This document shows, piece by piece, positions 18,150 to 26,849 of a stretch of 64,000 nt of DNA. A program made the position numbers and the translations under genes. Under the pieces are notes generated by a model that worked only from the letters and a program-made list of their open reading frames with translations, made no database searches and was not told the origin of the DNA. Positions within the stretch are counted from its first letter, which is position 1, and every line of letters begins with the position of its first letter. Source of the DNA: an uncultured Gemmatimonadales bacterium (GTDB lineage: Bacteria; Gemmatimonadota; Gemmatimonadetes; Longimicrobiales; RSA9); contig CAWAMW010000016.1 in assembly GCA_963783305.1 (NCBI GenBank), positions 1 through 64,000 on the forward strand, in the 5' to 3' direction.

Positions 18150-19511
18150 TTGAGCCTCATTCGTTCGCGGCGCGGACGCGCCGCATCCGTCATCCTCACC
18201 GTGGCGGCAGTGCTCGCCGTCGGCGCCGTACCCGCGGGAGCGCAGACGCCCACCAGCGTGGACTCGCTGCGCCGCGAGGTGGGCCGGCTCCAGGTCCAGG
18301 TGGACAGCCTGGTGCGGCTCGTGATGCGGCAGTCGCAGGGCGCGGCGGCGGAGCGCGCCCAGGACACGATCCCGGCCGACCCGCTCGCCGCCCTCCGTGC
18401 CGCAGCGGCGGCCGCGGCGGGTGAGGGCGCCGGTGAAGCGACCGCGCCGGACACGGCCAGTCAGGAGGCCACGAACTTCGTCGGCCGTCAGCGGAACCTG
18501 CAGGCGCTGAACCCGGAGATCACCGTCACTGGGAACCTCTTCGCGGCGGCGGACCTGGATGACCCGGGCGAGGACAACTTCATCCCTCGCGAGTTCGAGC
18601 TTTCATTCCAGTCCAGCCTGGACCCCTACTCCCGGGCGAAGATCTTTATCGGCCACCACGTTCCGGGTGCGGAGCTGGAGCCGTTCCCCGGGGGTGGCGC
18701 AGAAGAGGAGCACAGCGGCCTCCAGCTGGAGGAGGGGTACATCGAGTGGCTCGCGCTGCCGGGCGGGCTGAACGTGATGCTGGGGAAGTTCCGACAGAAG
18801 TTCGGTCAGCTCAACCGCTGGCACCCGCACGCGCTCCCCGCGCAGACGCTGCCGCTGCCGTACACGGCGTTCTTCGGGGAGGAGGGGCTGGTGCAGTCGG
18901 GGGTGTCGGTGCACTGGCTGGTCCCGCGGTCGGGAATGGGGACGTGGGAGCTGTGGACGGAAGTGACGCGCAGCGGAAACGAGCGGCTCTTCGGCTCCTC
19001 GACGCGGCCGTCGGTGCTGGCTCATCTGAACGGCTTCTGGGAGCTGAGCCGCTCGACCTATTTCGAGCTCGGGCTCACCGGGCTCGCGGGTCCCGACATG
19101 ACGGGCGGTGACGCGTTCGCCACGCAGGTCGCCGGCGCCGACTTCACCGTCAGCTGGCGACCGCCCGAGCTCGGTCGATACCGCGAAGTCACGCTCCGCG
19201 GAGGCGCCGTCTACGGCTCGCTCGCACCGGAGGTGGTCGACCCCGGCGGCGCGTTCGGCGCGTTCGCGATCGGAGAGATGAAGCTGGGTCAGCGCTGGAC
19301 GCTGGGCGGCCGTTACGACTACACGCAGAATCCGCTGATGCCCGACGAATCGGCGTGGCTCGCCGCGCCCATGCTCACGTGGTGGCAGAGCGAGTGGGTC
19401 CGACTACGGGCGGAGCTCGATTTCCTGGACCAGGGCGATGGCGAGCTGCGGAAGCTGCTCGTCTTCCAGACGACGTTCGCGATGGGCCCCCACAAGCACG
19501 AAACGTACTGA
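18150..19511 (+). CDS. Secreted, probable outer-membrane beta-barrel associated with metal uptake
   Basis: Signal peptide, coiled coil, LNPEITVTG, GKFRQKFGQLNRWHPH, amphipathic strands, C-terminal GPHKHETY; TTG start with GGAGG SD. Confidence 0.75.
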   Translation: MSLIRSRRGRAASVILTVAAVLAVGAVPAGAQTPTSVDSLRREVGRLQVQVDSLVRLVMRQSQGAAAERAQDTIPADPLAALRAAAAAAAGEGAGEATAPDTASQEATNFVGRQRNLQALNPEITVTGNLFAAADLDDPGEDNFIPREFELSFQSSLDPYSRAKIFIGHHVPGAELEPFPGGGAEEEHSGLQLEEGYIEWLALPGGLNVMLGKFRQKFGQLNRWHPHALPAQTLPLPYTAFFGEEGLVQSGVSVHWLVPRSGMGTWELWTEVTRSGNERLFGSSTRPSVLAHLNGFWELSRSTYFELGLTGLAGPDMTGGDAFATQVAGADFTVSWRPPELGRYREVTLRGGAVYGSLAPEVVDPGGAFGAFAIGEMKLGQRWTLGGRYDYTQNPLMPDESAWLAAPMLTWWQSEWVRLRAELDFLDQGDGELRKLLVFQTTFAMGPHKHETY

Positions 19512-19527
19512 GGACGGAGACACTGCA

Positions 19528-20571
19528 ATGACACTGCTGAACACACTGCTCGCCTTCATCCTGGCCGCGGTCGGGGGACCCGGCTCCGCGCCGGCCGCGG
19601 CGCCCGTCCGCGTGGTGGCCACGCTCCCCGTGTACGCCGAGATCGCGAAGGAGATCGGCGGCGACGCCGTGGAGGTCGCGTCCATCGCGGACCCGGCCGA
19701 GGACGCCCATTTCGTGCGACCGAAGCCCAGCTTCGCGCTCATGATCCGGCGCGCGGACGTCTTCATCACCACGGGCCTGGACCTGGAGCTGTGGGTCCCG
19801 GCGCTGCTGGACAAGGCCGGGAACTCGAAGGTGGCCGAGGGGGGGAAGGGCTACATCACGGCCTATCCGAACATCGAGCTGCGCGACGTCCCCTCGTCCA
19901 CCGACCGCTCCGAGGGCGACATCCACATCTACGGCAACCCCCACGTGTTCACCGACCCGCTGAACATCATCCAGGTCGCGAAGAACATCACCACCGGGCT
20001 GACGCGGGTGGCGCCGTCGGAGGCGAAACGGTTCGAGGCCAACCTGGCGTCCTTCACCGACAGGATCTACCGCAAGCTGTACGGGGATCGGCTCGTGCAG
20101 ATGATGGGGGGCGAGACGCTGGCGACGCTGGACGCGCAGGGTCGCCTGATCCCGTTCCTCGAGGAGCGGACGTTCGAGGGCCGGCCGCTCATGAGCTTCC
20201 TCGGCGGCTGGCATGCCACCGCGGCGGCGTTCCGCGGCCAGCAGGTGGTCTGCTACCACAAGAACTGGGCGTACTTCGAGAACCGGTTCGCCCTGACGTG
20301 CGTGGACTACGTGGAGGCGAAGCCCGGTATCCCGCCGACCCCCGGCCACGTGGGCGACCTGATCCAGCTGATGAAGACGAAGGACATCCACGTGCTGCTC
20401 GCCGCGAACTACTTCGGCCGCACCAAGGTCGAGGCCGTCGCGCGGCGCGGGAACGCCACCGCCGTAATCGTCCCGCTCCAGCCGGGGAGCGATGCCGTTC
20501 CCACCTACATCGACGTGGTGGACGCGTGGGTGAACGGGCTCGCCGCCGCGTTCCGGGGGGGCGCGCGATGA
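19528..20571 (+). CDS. ZnuA/TroA-family metal ABC substrate-binding protein
   Basis: VVATLP, EDAHF..PKPS, GLDLE.W, GNPHVFTDP, EAKPGIPPTPGH. Confidence 0.92.
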   Translation: MTLLNTLLAFILAAVGGPGSAPAAAPVRVVATLPVYAEIAKEIGGDAVEVASIADPAEDAHFVRPKPSFALMIRRADVFITTGLDLELWVPALLDKAGNSKVAEGGKGYITAYPNIELRDVPSSTDRSEGDIHIYGNPHVFTDPLNIIQVAKNITTGLTRVAPSEAKRFEANLASFTDRIYRKLYGDRLVQMMGGETLATLDAQGRLIPFLEERTFEGRPLMSFLGGWHATAAAFRGQQVVCYHKNWAYFENRFALTCVDYVEAKPGIPPTPGHVGDLIQLMKTKDIHVLLAANYFGRTKVEAVARRGNATAVIVPLQPGSDAVPTYIDVVDAWVNGLAAAFRGGAR

Positions 20572-21425
20572 TCGACCTGATCCTCGCCCCCGCGGCGGTG
20601 GGGCTGATCATCGTCGCGATGAACGCCTACTTCGGGCTCCACATCATCCGGCGCGGCGTCATCTTCGTGGACCTGGCGTTCGCGCAGATCGCCGCCCTCG
20701 GCACCACCGTGGGGATGCTGCTGGGGCTCCACGCGGGCACCGCCGGCTCGTGGGGCTTCACCTTCCTGTTCACGGTGATCGGCGCGGCGCTCTTCAGCCT
20801 GACGCGGATGGAGGACTCCGAGGTGCCGCAGGAAGCGATCATCGGCATCGCCTACGTGGTGGCCTCCGCCGCCGTCATCCTGCTCAGCAGCTTCAGCGCC
20901 GAGGGCGCGGAGCACGTTAAGGAAACACTCACCGGGTCGCTCATATGGGCGACCTGGTCCGCCGCCGCCATTGTCGGCCTCGCCTACCTCGCCATCGGGG
21001 TGTTCCACTACTTCACGCGGAAGAGGATGAAGGCCATCACGTTCGCGCCGGAGACGGCCCGGAACCTCCGTCTCTGGGATTTCATCTTCTACCTCACGTT
21101 CGGCATCGCCATCACGTTCAGCGTGACGCTGGCCGGGGTGCTGCTCATCTTCAGCACCCTCGTGATCCCGGCCACCATCGCGTTCCTGTTCACGCCGCGC
21201 TTCAACCGCGCGCTGGGGCTGGCCTGGCTGAGCGGCGCGCTGGCGCTGATCGTGGGGCTGTGGGCGTCGGTGGCGTGGGACGTCACCACGGGCCCGCTGC
21301 TGGTGGTCTCCTTTGGCGCCGCGCTGGTGGTGGCGTTCATCATCCGGGCCTTCACCGGTGGCAGCACGCGCGGCGCGCCGGGGGGGCGCAACCTGGATCC
21401 GGGGCCGGTGATCCGGGAGCACTGA
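20568..21425 (+). CDS. ZnuB-like metal ABC permease
   Basis: GLHIIRRGVIFVDLAFAQIAALG, GVLLIFSTLVIPA; multiple TM helices; ATGA-coupled to the SBP gene. Confidence 0.9.
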   Translation: MIDLILAPAAVGLIIVAMNAYFGLHIIRRGVIFVDLAFAQIAALGTTVGMLLGLHAGTAGSWGFTFLFTVIGAALFSLTRMEDSEVPQEAIIGIAYVVASAAVILLSSFSAEGAEHVKETLTGSLIWATWSAAAIVGLAYLAIGVFHYFTRKRMKAITFAPETARNLRLWDFIFYLTFGIAITFSVTLAGVLLIFSTLVIPATIAFLFTPRFNRALGLAWLSGALALIVGLWASVAWDVTTGPLLVVSFGAALVVAFIIRAFTGGSTRGAPGGRNLDPGPVIREH

Positions 21426-21446
21426 GAGCCCCGGACCCGCGCCCGT

Positions 21447-23402
21447 TCAGCGCGGGGCGGGCGCCTTCGAGCCGGCCCAGCTCCGGCGGAACGCCCGGAT
21501 CGCCGGCGTGACCTCTCGGCCCGCCTCCTCGAAGGTGACGAGCTCCAGCGTCGGGTCGGGGACGAGGGATACGCGAACGGCCTTTCGCATCCCCGTCTGG
21601 AGGATCCCGAGCGTGACGACATCGCCGGGAGCGCGCCCGTCGAGCGCCTTCGCCAGCTCCTCCCGGCTCGTCACGGCGACGCCATCCACGTCCAGCAGCA
21701 CGTCACCGGAGGCGATGCCAGCGCGGGCGGCGGGGCCGGCGGGATCCAGCGGGCCGTCGACGAGCAGGCCGTCGTCTACGGGCCGGGTCCCGCGGAGCCC
21801 CAGGACGCCGCGGTGGGGGCTCGCGGTCCGCAGCACGAGACCGGCGGCCTGGACGAGGGCGGCGTACTCCAGCACGTCGCCGTGTTCGACATAGCGCTGG
21901 AAGAAGTCGCGGGCGAAGGCGGGGTCGCCGGTCAGCTCGCCGAGGGTCTCGCGGAGGATGGCGGCGGTGTACGGCCGGGCGGGCTGGAGGTCGGCCTGGT
22001 GGCGGCCGTAGCGCTCCCAGAGCAGGCGCATCCACGCGTCGAGGGACGTGTCATAGCGCTGGCGCAGCAGCAGGTCCAGGCCGAACCCCAGCACCTCGCC
22101 CCAGCTGTAGTACGAGACGAACGTATTGGCGTAGGCCGTCTCGTCCACGGCGCGGGCGGCGTCCACGAACGGCGCCATGCGGCTCATGTCGGCCGGTCCG
22201 CGGTAGGCCCGGGCGGGCGACTCGATGATGTAGCCCAGTCCCTGCCCCATGTCGCGGGCGTAGTCGTCGAGGGCGGTGAAGCCGGCGCGCACGCGGGTGA
22301 GGCCGTCGTAATAGCTGGTGAAGCCTTCGCCGAACCAGAGGTTGGACGACATGTTCGCCTGCTGGTACCGGAACGGGACGAGGTCGGCGTCGCGCAGCCG
22401 TTCCATGTTCCAGGCGTGGAAGTGTTCGTGGGCGAGCGTGCCGAGGAGCTGGCTCGCGGACGCGTCGAGGGACCGGCCGCTCGACAGGATGGTCGAGTTG
22501 CGGTGCTCCATGCCGTCGCCGTAGGCCCAGGGCAGGTAGTCGGCGAGGAAGGTATAGGTGCCGTAGTCGAAGTCGGGGAACGCGCCGAAGACCGCCGCCT
22601 CCTCGGCAATGACGCGCCGGGCCATGTCCGCGTAGGCGTCGGCCTCGGCGTCGGTGCCGGTGTGGTGCAGCGCGAGCCGGTACAGGGCGCCGCCGTCGGG
22701 GCCCATGCGCCACTCCCGCAGGGTGAAGTCGCTCAGCTCGGTGGGGGAGTCGAAGAAGTAGTCCAGGTCGCGGGCGAGGAAGGTGTTGGGGTCCGCCGTG
22801 GGCTGGAGCTGCGTGGCCACCTTCCAGCCGTTGATGGGGTGGAACGTCACGCGGATCGGGCGACCCTCGAGGCCGCGGGCGTACGCGAAGGCCGCCGGCA
22901 TGTTGTAGTGCGCGTGCGTCGAGTCCACGCCGGCGTAGGTCCCGTCGGCGTGGTTGGCGTAGAGCGTGTAGGCCAGGCGTACCGTGCCATCGTGCCCGGC
23001 GACGCGCCAGCCGTACGGGCTCGGTCGCTCAATCGCCAGGGGGCGGCCCGCGCCATCCGTCGCCGAGACGTCGTACACGTTCTTGGCGAACTCGTGGAGG
23101 GCGTAGCGCCCGGGGGACGCGCGGCTCATGAGGGCCTCGAGCGGCCGGGCCGGGTCGAGACCCGGGAACGTCGCGACGACCCGCGTCTCGTGCGCGACGG
23201 CGTTCGGAAACGACACGTCGTACGTGACCTCCGGAGCGACCGCCGGCGGTGCGGGCGGCTGGGGCGGTGCGGACTCCTCGGTTGGCGCGGGTGGCGCGGG
23301 CGGGCCGGCCGCCGCCGCGGGAGCGCAGCCTCCGAGGGCCAGCACAAACACCAGGCGGGTCCGGGGGCGTCGTCGTGTACGGATCGGGCTCATGGGGTGC
23401 AT
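21447..23402 (-). CDS. M61 glycyl-aminopeptidase family lipoprotein with PDZ domain
   Basis: PGRYALHEFAKNV, GMEHRNST, HEHFH (HExxH), WFGEGFTSYY, C-terminal PDZ; lipobox LGGC; GGAGG RBS. Confidence 0.92.
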   Translation of the reverse strand: MHPMSPIRTRRRPRTRLVFVLALGGCAPAAAAGPPAPPAPTEESAPPQPPAPPAVAPEVTYDVSFPNAVAHETRVVATFPGLDPARPLEALMSRASPGRYALHEFAKNVYDVSATDGAGRPLAIERPSPYGWRVAGHDGTVRLAYTLYANHADGTYAGVDSTHAHYNMPAAFAYARGLEGRPIRVTFHPINGWKVATQLQPTADPNTFLARDLDYFFDSPTELSDFTLREWRMGPDGGALYRLALHHTGTDAEADAYADMARRVIAEEAAVFGAFPDFDYGTYTFLADYLPWAYGDGMEHRNSTILSSGRSLDASASQLLGTLAHEHFHAWNMERLRDADLVPFRYQQANMSSNLWFGEGFTSYYDGLTRVRAGFTALDDYARDMGQGLGYIIESPARAYRGPADMSRMAPFVDAARAVDETAYANTFVSYYSWGEVLGFGLDLLLRQRYDTSLDAWMRLLWERYGRHQADLQPARPYTAAILRETLGELTGDPAFARDFFQRYVEHGDVLEYAALVQAAGLVLRTASPHRGVLGLRGTRPVDDGLLVDGPLDPAGPAARAGIASGDVLLDVDGVAVTSREELAKALDGRAPGDVVTLGILQTGMRKAVRVSLVPDPTLELVTFEEAGREVTPAIRAFRRSWAGSKAPAPR

Positions 23403-23599
23403 CGTGTTCCTCCGCGAGGTCTCCCGGCCGCGACCGGTTTCCGGCAGCGAAGCATAGGACGACGGGCGGCGGTGGGGCAACGCCCGGGGTACGGAAACTG
23501 CGCCCGGGCGGGGCCACCGCTCCGACGCCGTGGACCCGGCCGGGTGGGAGGGCCTGTCGCAGCTCGCCACATCGCGCTTACACCGGAGACCGAAACCGC

Positions 23600-24952
23600 A
23601 TGCCGCAGCACACTTCCGCACCGACCGAAGCCGGCCGCCGGGTGATCGCCCTCCTGACGCGGCTATTTCCGGACCCGCGCGCGTTCGACATCCGGCTTTG
23701 GGACGGCACCACCGTCGCCGGGGAGGGGGAGACGGACCTCACGGTGGTGATCAACTCGCCCGGCGCGCTGCGGCGCATGCTGCGCCCGCCGGTGGAGCTG
23801 AAGCTCGGCGAGGCGTACCTCCGGGGCGACTTCGAGCTGGAAGGGAACGTGACCCGTGCGGGTCCGGCGCTCGGGGCGTCGCGGAGCGCCACGGGGTCGG
23901 CGACGGAGCTGGCCAACCTCGCGCGGCTGTGGCTGCGTCTCCCCAGCGACGAGGCGGAGTCCGTGGCGGGCACCGGCTACGGGGAGCGCCCGGCGGAGAT
24001 CGAGGCCAGCGAGCGGTCGCGGGAGTGGGATCGTGAGGGGATCCAGTACCACTACGACGCCGGCAACGACTTCTTCCAGCTCTTCCTGGACCGGCGCATG
24101 GTCTACTCGTGCGCCTACTTCCCGACGGGGGAGGAGACGCTGGACGAGGCGCAGGAAAAGAAGCTGGACCACATCTGCGGGAAGCTCCGGCTGCGGGAGG
24201 GCGACCGGTTCCTGGACATCGGCTGCGGCTGGGGGGCGCTGGTGATCCACGCGGCCGAGCGGTACGGCGCCCGGGCGCTCGGTGTGACGCTGAGCGAGAA
24301 GCAGCACGCGCTCGCCCTGCGCCGTATCGAGGAGGCGGGGCTCGGGGACCGGGCGGAAGTGCGTCTGATGGACTACCGGGACGTGGGGAAGGATGCCGCG
24401 AACGGGGAGGAGGCGTTCGACAAGATCGCCAGCGTGGGGATGTTCGAGCACGTGGGCCGCGAGCGTCTGCCGGAGTACTTCGACCACGTGTACCGGCTCC
24501 TCCGGCCGAACGGGCTCTTCCTGAACCACGGGATCGCGGGCAAGCCGGTCCAGCGGTCGCGGGTGGGATCGATCCTGCACCGGGTCCTGAACCCCGTCCT
24601 GATCGGCGGGACGACGTTCCGCAAGCGCTACATCTTCCCGTCGGGTGGACTGGTCCCGGTGAGCGAGGCGAACCTGGTGGCGCAGCGGTCGGGCTTCGAG
24701 GTGCGGGACGTAGAGAACCTCCGGGAGCACTACGCCCGCACGCTCGGCCTCTGGGCCCAGCGCCTGGAGAGCCGGAAGGAGGAGGCGATCCGCGTGGGTG
24801 GCGAGCGGATGTACCGGCTTTGGCGCATCTACATGGGCATCGGCTCGTGGCAGTTCGAGGGCGGCGAGTTCGATCTCGGGCAGTCGCTTCTGCTCCGCCC
24901 GGACGGCGGCCCGAGCACGCTCCCGCTGAGCCGCGCCGACCTGTACCGCTGA
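23600..24952 (+). CDS. cfa: Cyclopropane-fatty-acyl-phospholipid synthase family methyltransferase
   Basis: HYDAGNDFF, MVYSCAYF, LDIGCGWG, SVGMFEHVG, YIFPSG, HYARTL. Confidence 0.9.
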   Translation: MPQHTSAPTEAGRRVIALLTRLFPDPRAFDIRLWDGTTVAGEGETDLTVVINSPGALRRMLRPPVELKLGEAYLRGDFELEGNVTRAGPALGASRSATGSATELANLARLWLRLPSDEAESVAGTGYGERPAEIEASERSREWDREGIQYHYDAGNDFFQLFLDRRMVYSCAYFPTGEETLDEAQEKKLDHICGKLRLREGDRFLDIGCGWGALVIHAAERYGARALGVTLSEKQHALALRRIEEAGLGDRAEVRLMDYRDVGKDAANGEEAFDKIASVGMFEHVGRERLPEYFDHVYRLLRPNGLFLNHGIAGKPVQRSRVGSILHRVLNPVLIGGTTFRKRYIFPSGGLVPVSEANLVAQRSGFEVRDVENLREHYARTLGLWAQRLESRKEEAIRVGGERMYRLWRIYMGIGSWQFEGGEFDLGQSLLLRPDGGPSTLPLSRADLYR

Positions 24953-24992
24953 CCGGCGCGGCCCGGACCGGGGAGGGCCCGGACGGTGCGCG

Positions 24993-26279
24993 TCAGCCGC
25001 AGCCGGCCTTCTTGGGCGCTTTCCGTGCCTCGAGCTTCACCTTGGGCTCGAACTGGAACCACGGCGCGTACAGACCCGGCTCCGGCGCCGACGCCTCGTG
25101 GGACGCGCCGTACGCCCGGTCCATGACGTGCCGGAAGGGCTCGTCGATGGAGGGCGGCCGTGGCCGCGCGCGCCGGTTGGAAGCGAGGGTGGTGGCGGGG
25201 CGCGTGGTGCAGAGCGCGTGGCCGTGCGGGAACACGTCGAGCCAGCCGTTCACGCCGCCCTCGAGCAGGTAGACGTTGGGCACTTTGGCGGCGGTGAGCA
25301 GCTTCCACGCCTCGGCCGCCACGGATTCGCCGTTGCCCATGAGGACGTAAACGGACCGGGCGGGCTCCTGGAGGAGAACGGGCTTGAGGGCGGCCACGGC
25401 CGAGGGGTCCACACGGCGGGCATCCCGGAGGTGGAAGAGGTTGAAGTCGGGCTCCGAGCGGAGATCGAGGAGAACGAGGTTCAGGGCGTCGTTGTGCATG
25501 AGTCCGAGCAGCTCGCCCGGATGGATCTGGACCTCCCGGTTCGCCAGCCGCGCCTGCTGCACGTCGGCGATCCGCTCCCAGCGGTCATCCAGCGTCGGCT
25601 GCCCCATGAGGAGCGTGGCCAGCGCCGCGGCCACGAGGCCGGCGGCCCCCGCCACGCGGACGGTGCGGGTCCGGGGTCCACGGCGGGCGGGCTCCACGGT
25701 TTCGCGGAAGTGGGCCTCGAGCCATTCGGCGCCCACGAAGAGGGCGAGCGCCATCAGAATGATGCCGACCACCACCACCCCGGTATCCAGCCCGAGCCAT
25801 GCGGGGATGGTGAGGCGGCCGTAGCTGGAGCTGTGCCAGAAGCCGTCATAGAGGTGCACGGTCTCGCCGAACGCGAACACTCCCGCCAGGACCCCGATGA
25901 CGAAGGCGACGCCGTCGAGCTTGAGGGTGGCGGCGGCGACCAGGGACGTCCCGGGACAGAAGCCGCCGATGATGAACCCGGCGCCCATGATGAGACCGCC
26001 GACGATCCCGGGCCACAGGTACGTCGGGTTGACGCCGAGCATCTCGTAATCCAGCCATCCGAGAGCGGAGGCGCCGAAGATGAGGACCATGGCCGTCACG
26101 ATGGCGGTGAACATCACCTTCAGGACGGTGAGGTCGCGGAGGTAGAACTGCGCCGCGAGCTTCCGGGAGTTGCCGAACCCCGCCATCTCCAGCACGGCGC
26201 CGAACCCGATGCCGATGGCGAGATATACCAGGTGTGTGCCGGTGGGGCCGAGGGCCGCCTGCAGGTCGAAGGGAGCCAT
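24993..26279 (-). CDS. YeeE/YedE sulfur-transport domain fused to a rhodanese-like domain
   Basis: GIGFGAVLE, VLKVMFTAI, GFCPGT; C-terminal LDLR...FHLRDA...YLLEGGVNGW; ends KKAGCG. Confidence 0.85.
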   Translation of the reverse strand: MAPFDLQAALGPTGTHLVYLAIGIGFGAVLEMAGFGNSRKLAAQFYLRDLTVLKVMFTAIVTAMVLIFGASALGWLDYEMLGVNPTYLWPGIVGGLIMGAGFIIGGFCPGTSLVAAATLKLDGVAFVIGVLAGVFAFGETVHLYDGFWHSSSYGRLTIPAWLGLDTGVVVVGIILMALALFVGAEWLEAHFRETVEPARRGPRTRTVRVAGAAGLVAAALATLLMGQPTLDDRWERIADVQQARLANREVQIHPGELLGLMHNDALNLVLLDLRSEPDFNLFHLRDARRVDPSAVAALKPVLLQEPARSVYVLMGNGESVAAEAWKLLTAAKVPNVYLLEGGVNGWLDVFPHGHALCTTRPATTLASNRRARPRPPSIDEPFRHVMDRAYGASHEASAPEPGLYAPWFQFEPKVKLEARKAPKKAGCG

Positions 26280-26282
26280 GGT

Positions 26283-26837
26283 CTACCTCCAGGCGCGGCG
26301 GAAGAAGAAGGCGAGGGCATACGCGCCGGCGAACACCGCGAACATGAAGGCCCAGCTGCCCGCGGCCAGGGTGGCGCCGCCGGAGAGGGCCTGGCCCGAG
26401 GTGCAGCCCCGGGCGAAGCGGGCGCCATAGCCCATGATGGCGCCTCCCAGCAGCGCGAGCATCCAGCGGGTGCGGGGCGTGATCCGTGGTCCGCGGTTCG
26501 TCTCCACGCGAACCCGGCGGTTCAGCCAGCCCGAGAGGAACCCTCCCAGGAGCGTCCCCGCGACCACCCAGACGACCCAGTGGTCGAGGGGGTTCAGGTC
26601 GCCGCCGGCCATCCCGAGGAGGTAGGGCGTCCGATCGACGTGGCCGGGTACGACCAGGTCCTCCAGGAAGACCGTGGCGCGGCTCATGGCGCCCGAGGCG
26701 CCGAGCCCGTTCCCGGTGATGAAGAACGCCGCGAAGAGCACCACGCCCAGCAGCGCTCCGGCAATGTAGGGGTCCGTGTAAGGCCGCGGGGGCCGTTCTG
26801 CGTTCAGTGCGAGTTTCATGGTCTCGATGGGTGACAT
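26283..26837 (-). CDS. YeeE/YedE-family sulfur transporter subunit
   Basis: PYIAGALLG, GLGASG, GARFARGCTSGQALSG. Confidence 0.9.
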   Translation of the reverse strand: MSPIETMKLALNAERPPRPYTDPYIAGALLGVVLFAAFFITGNGLGASGAMSRATVFLEDLVVPGHVDRTPYLLGMAGGDLNPLDHWVVWVVAGTLLGGFLSGWLNRRVRVETNRGPRITPRTRWMLALLGGAIMGYGARFARGCTSGQALSGGATLAAGSWAFMFAVFAGAYALAFFFRRAWR

Positions 26838-26849
26838 GATGGTAGCGCG

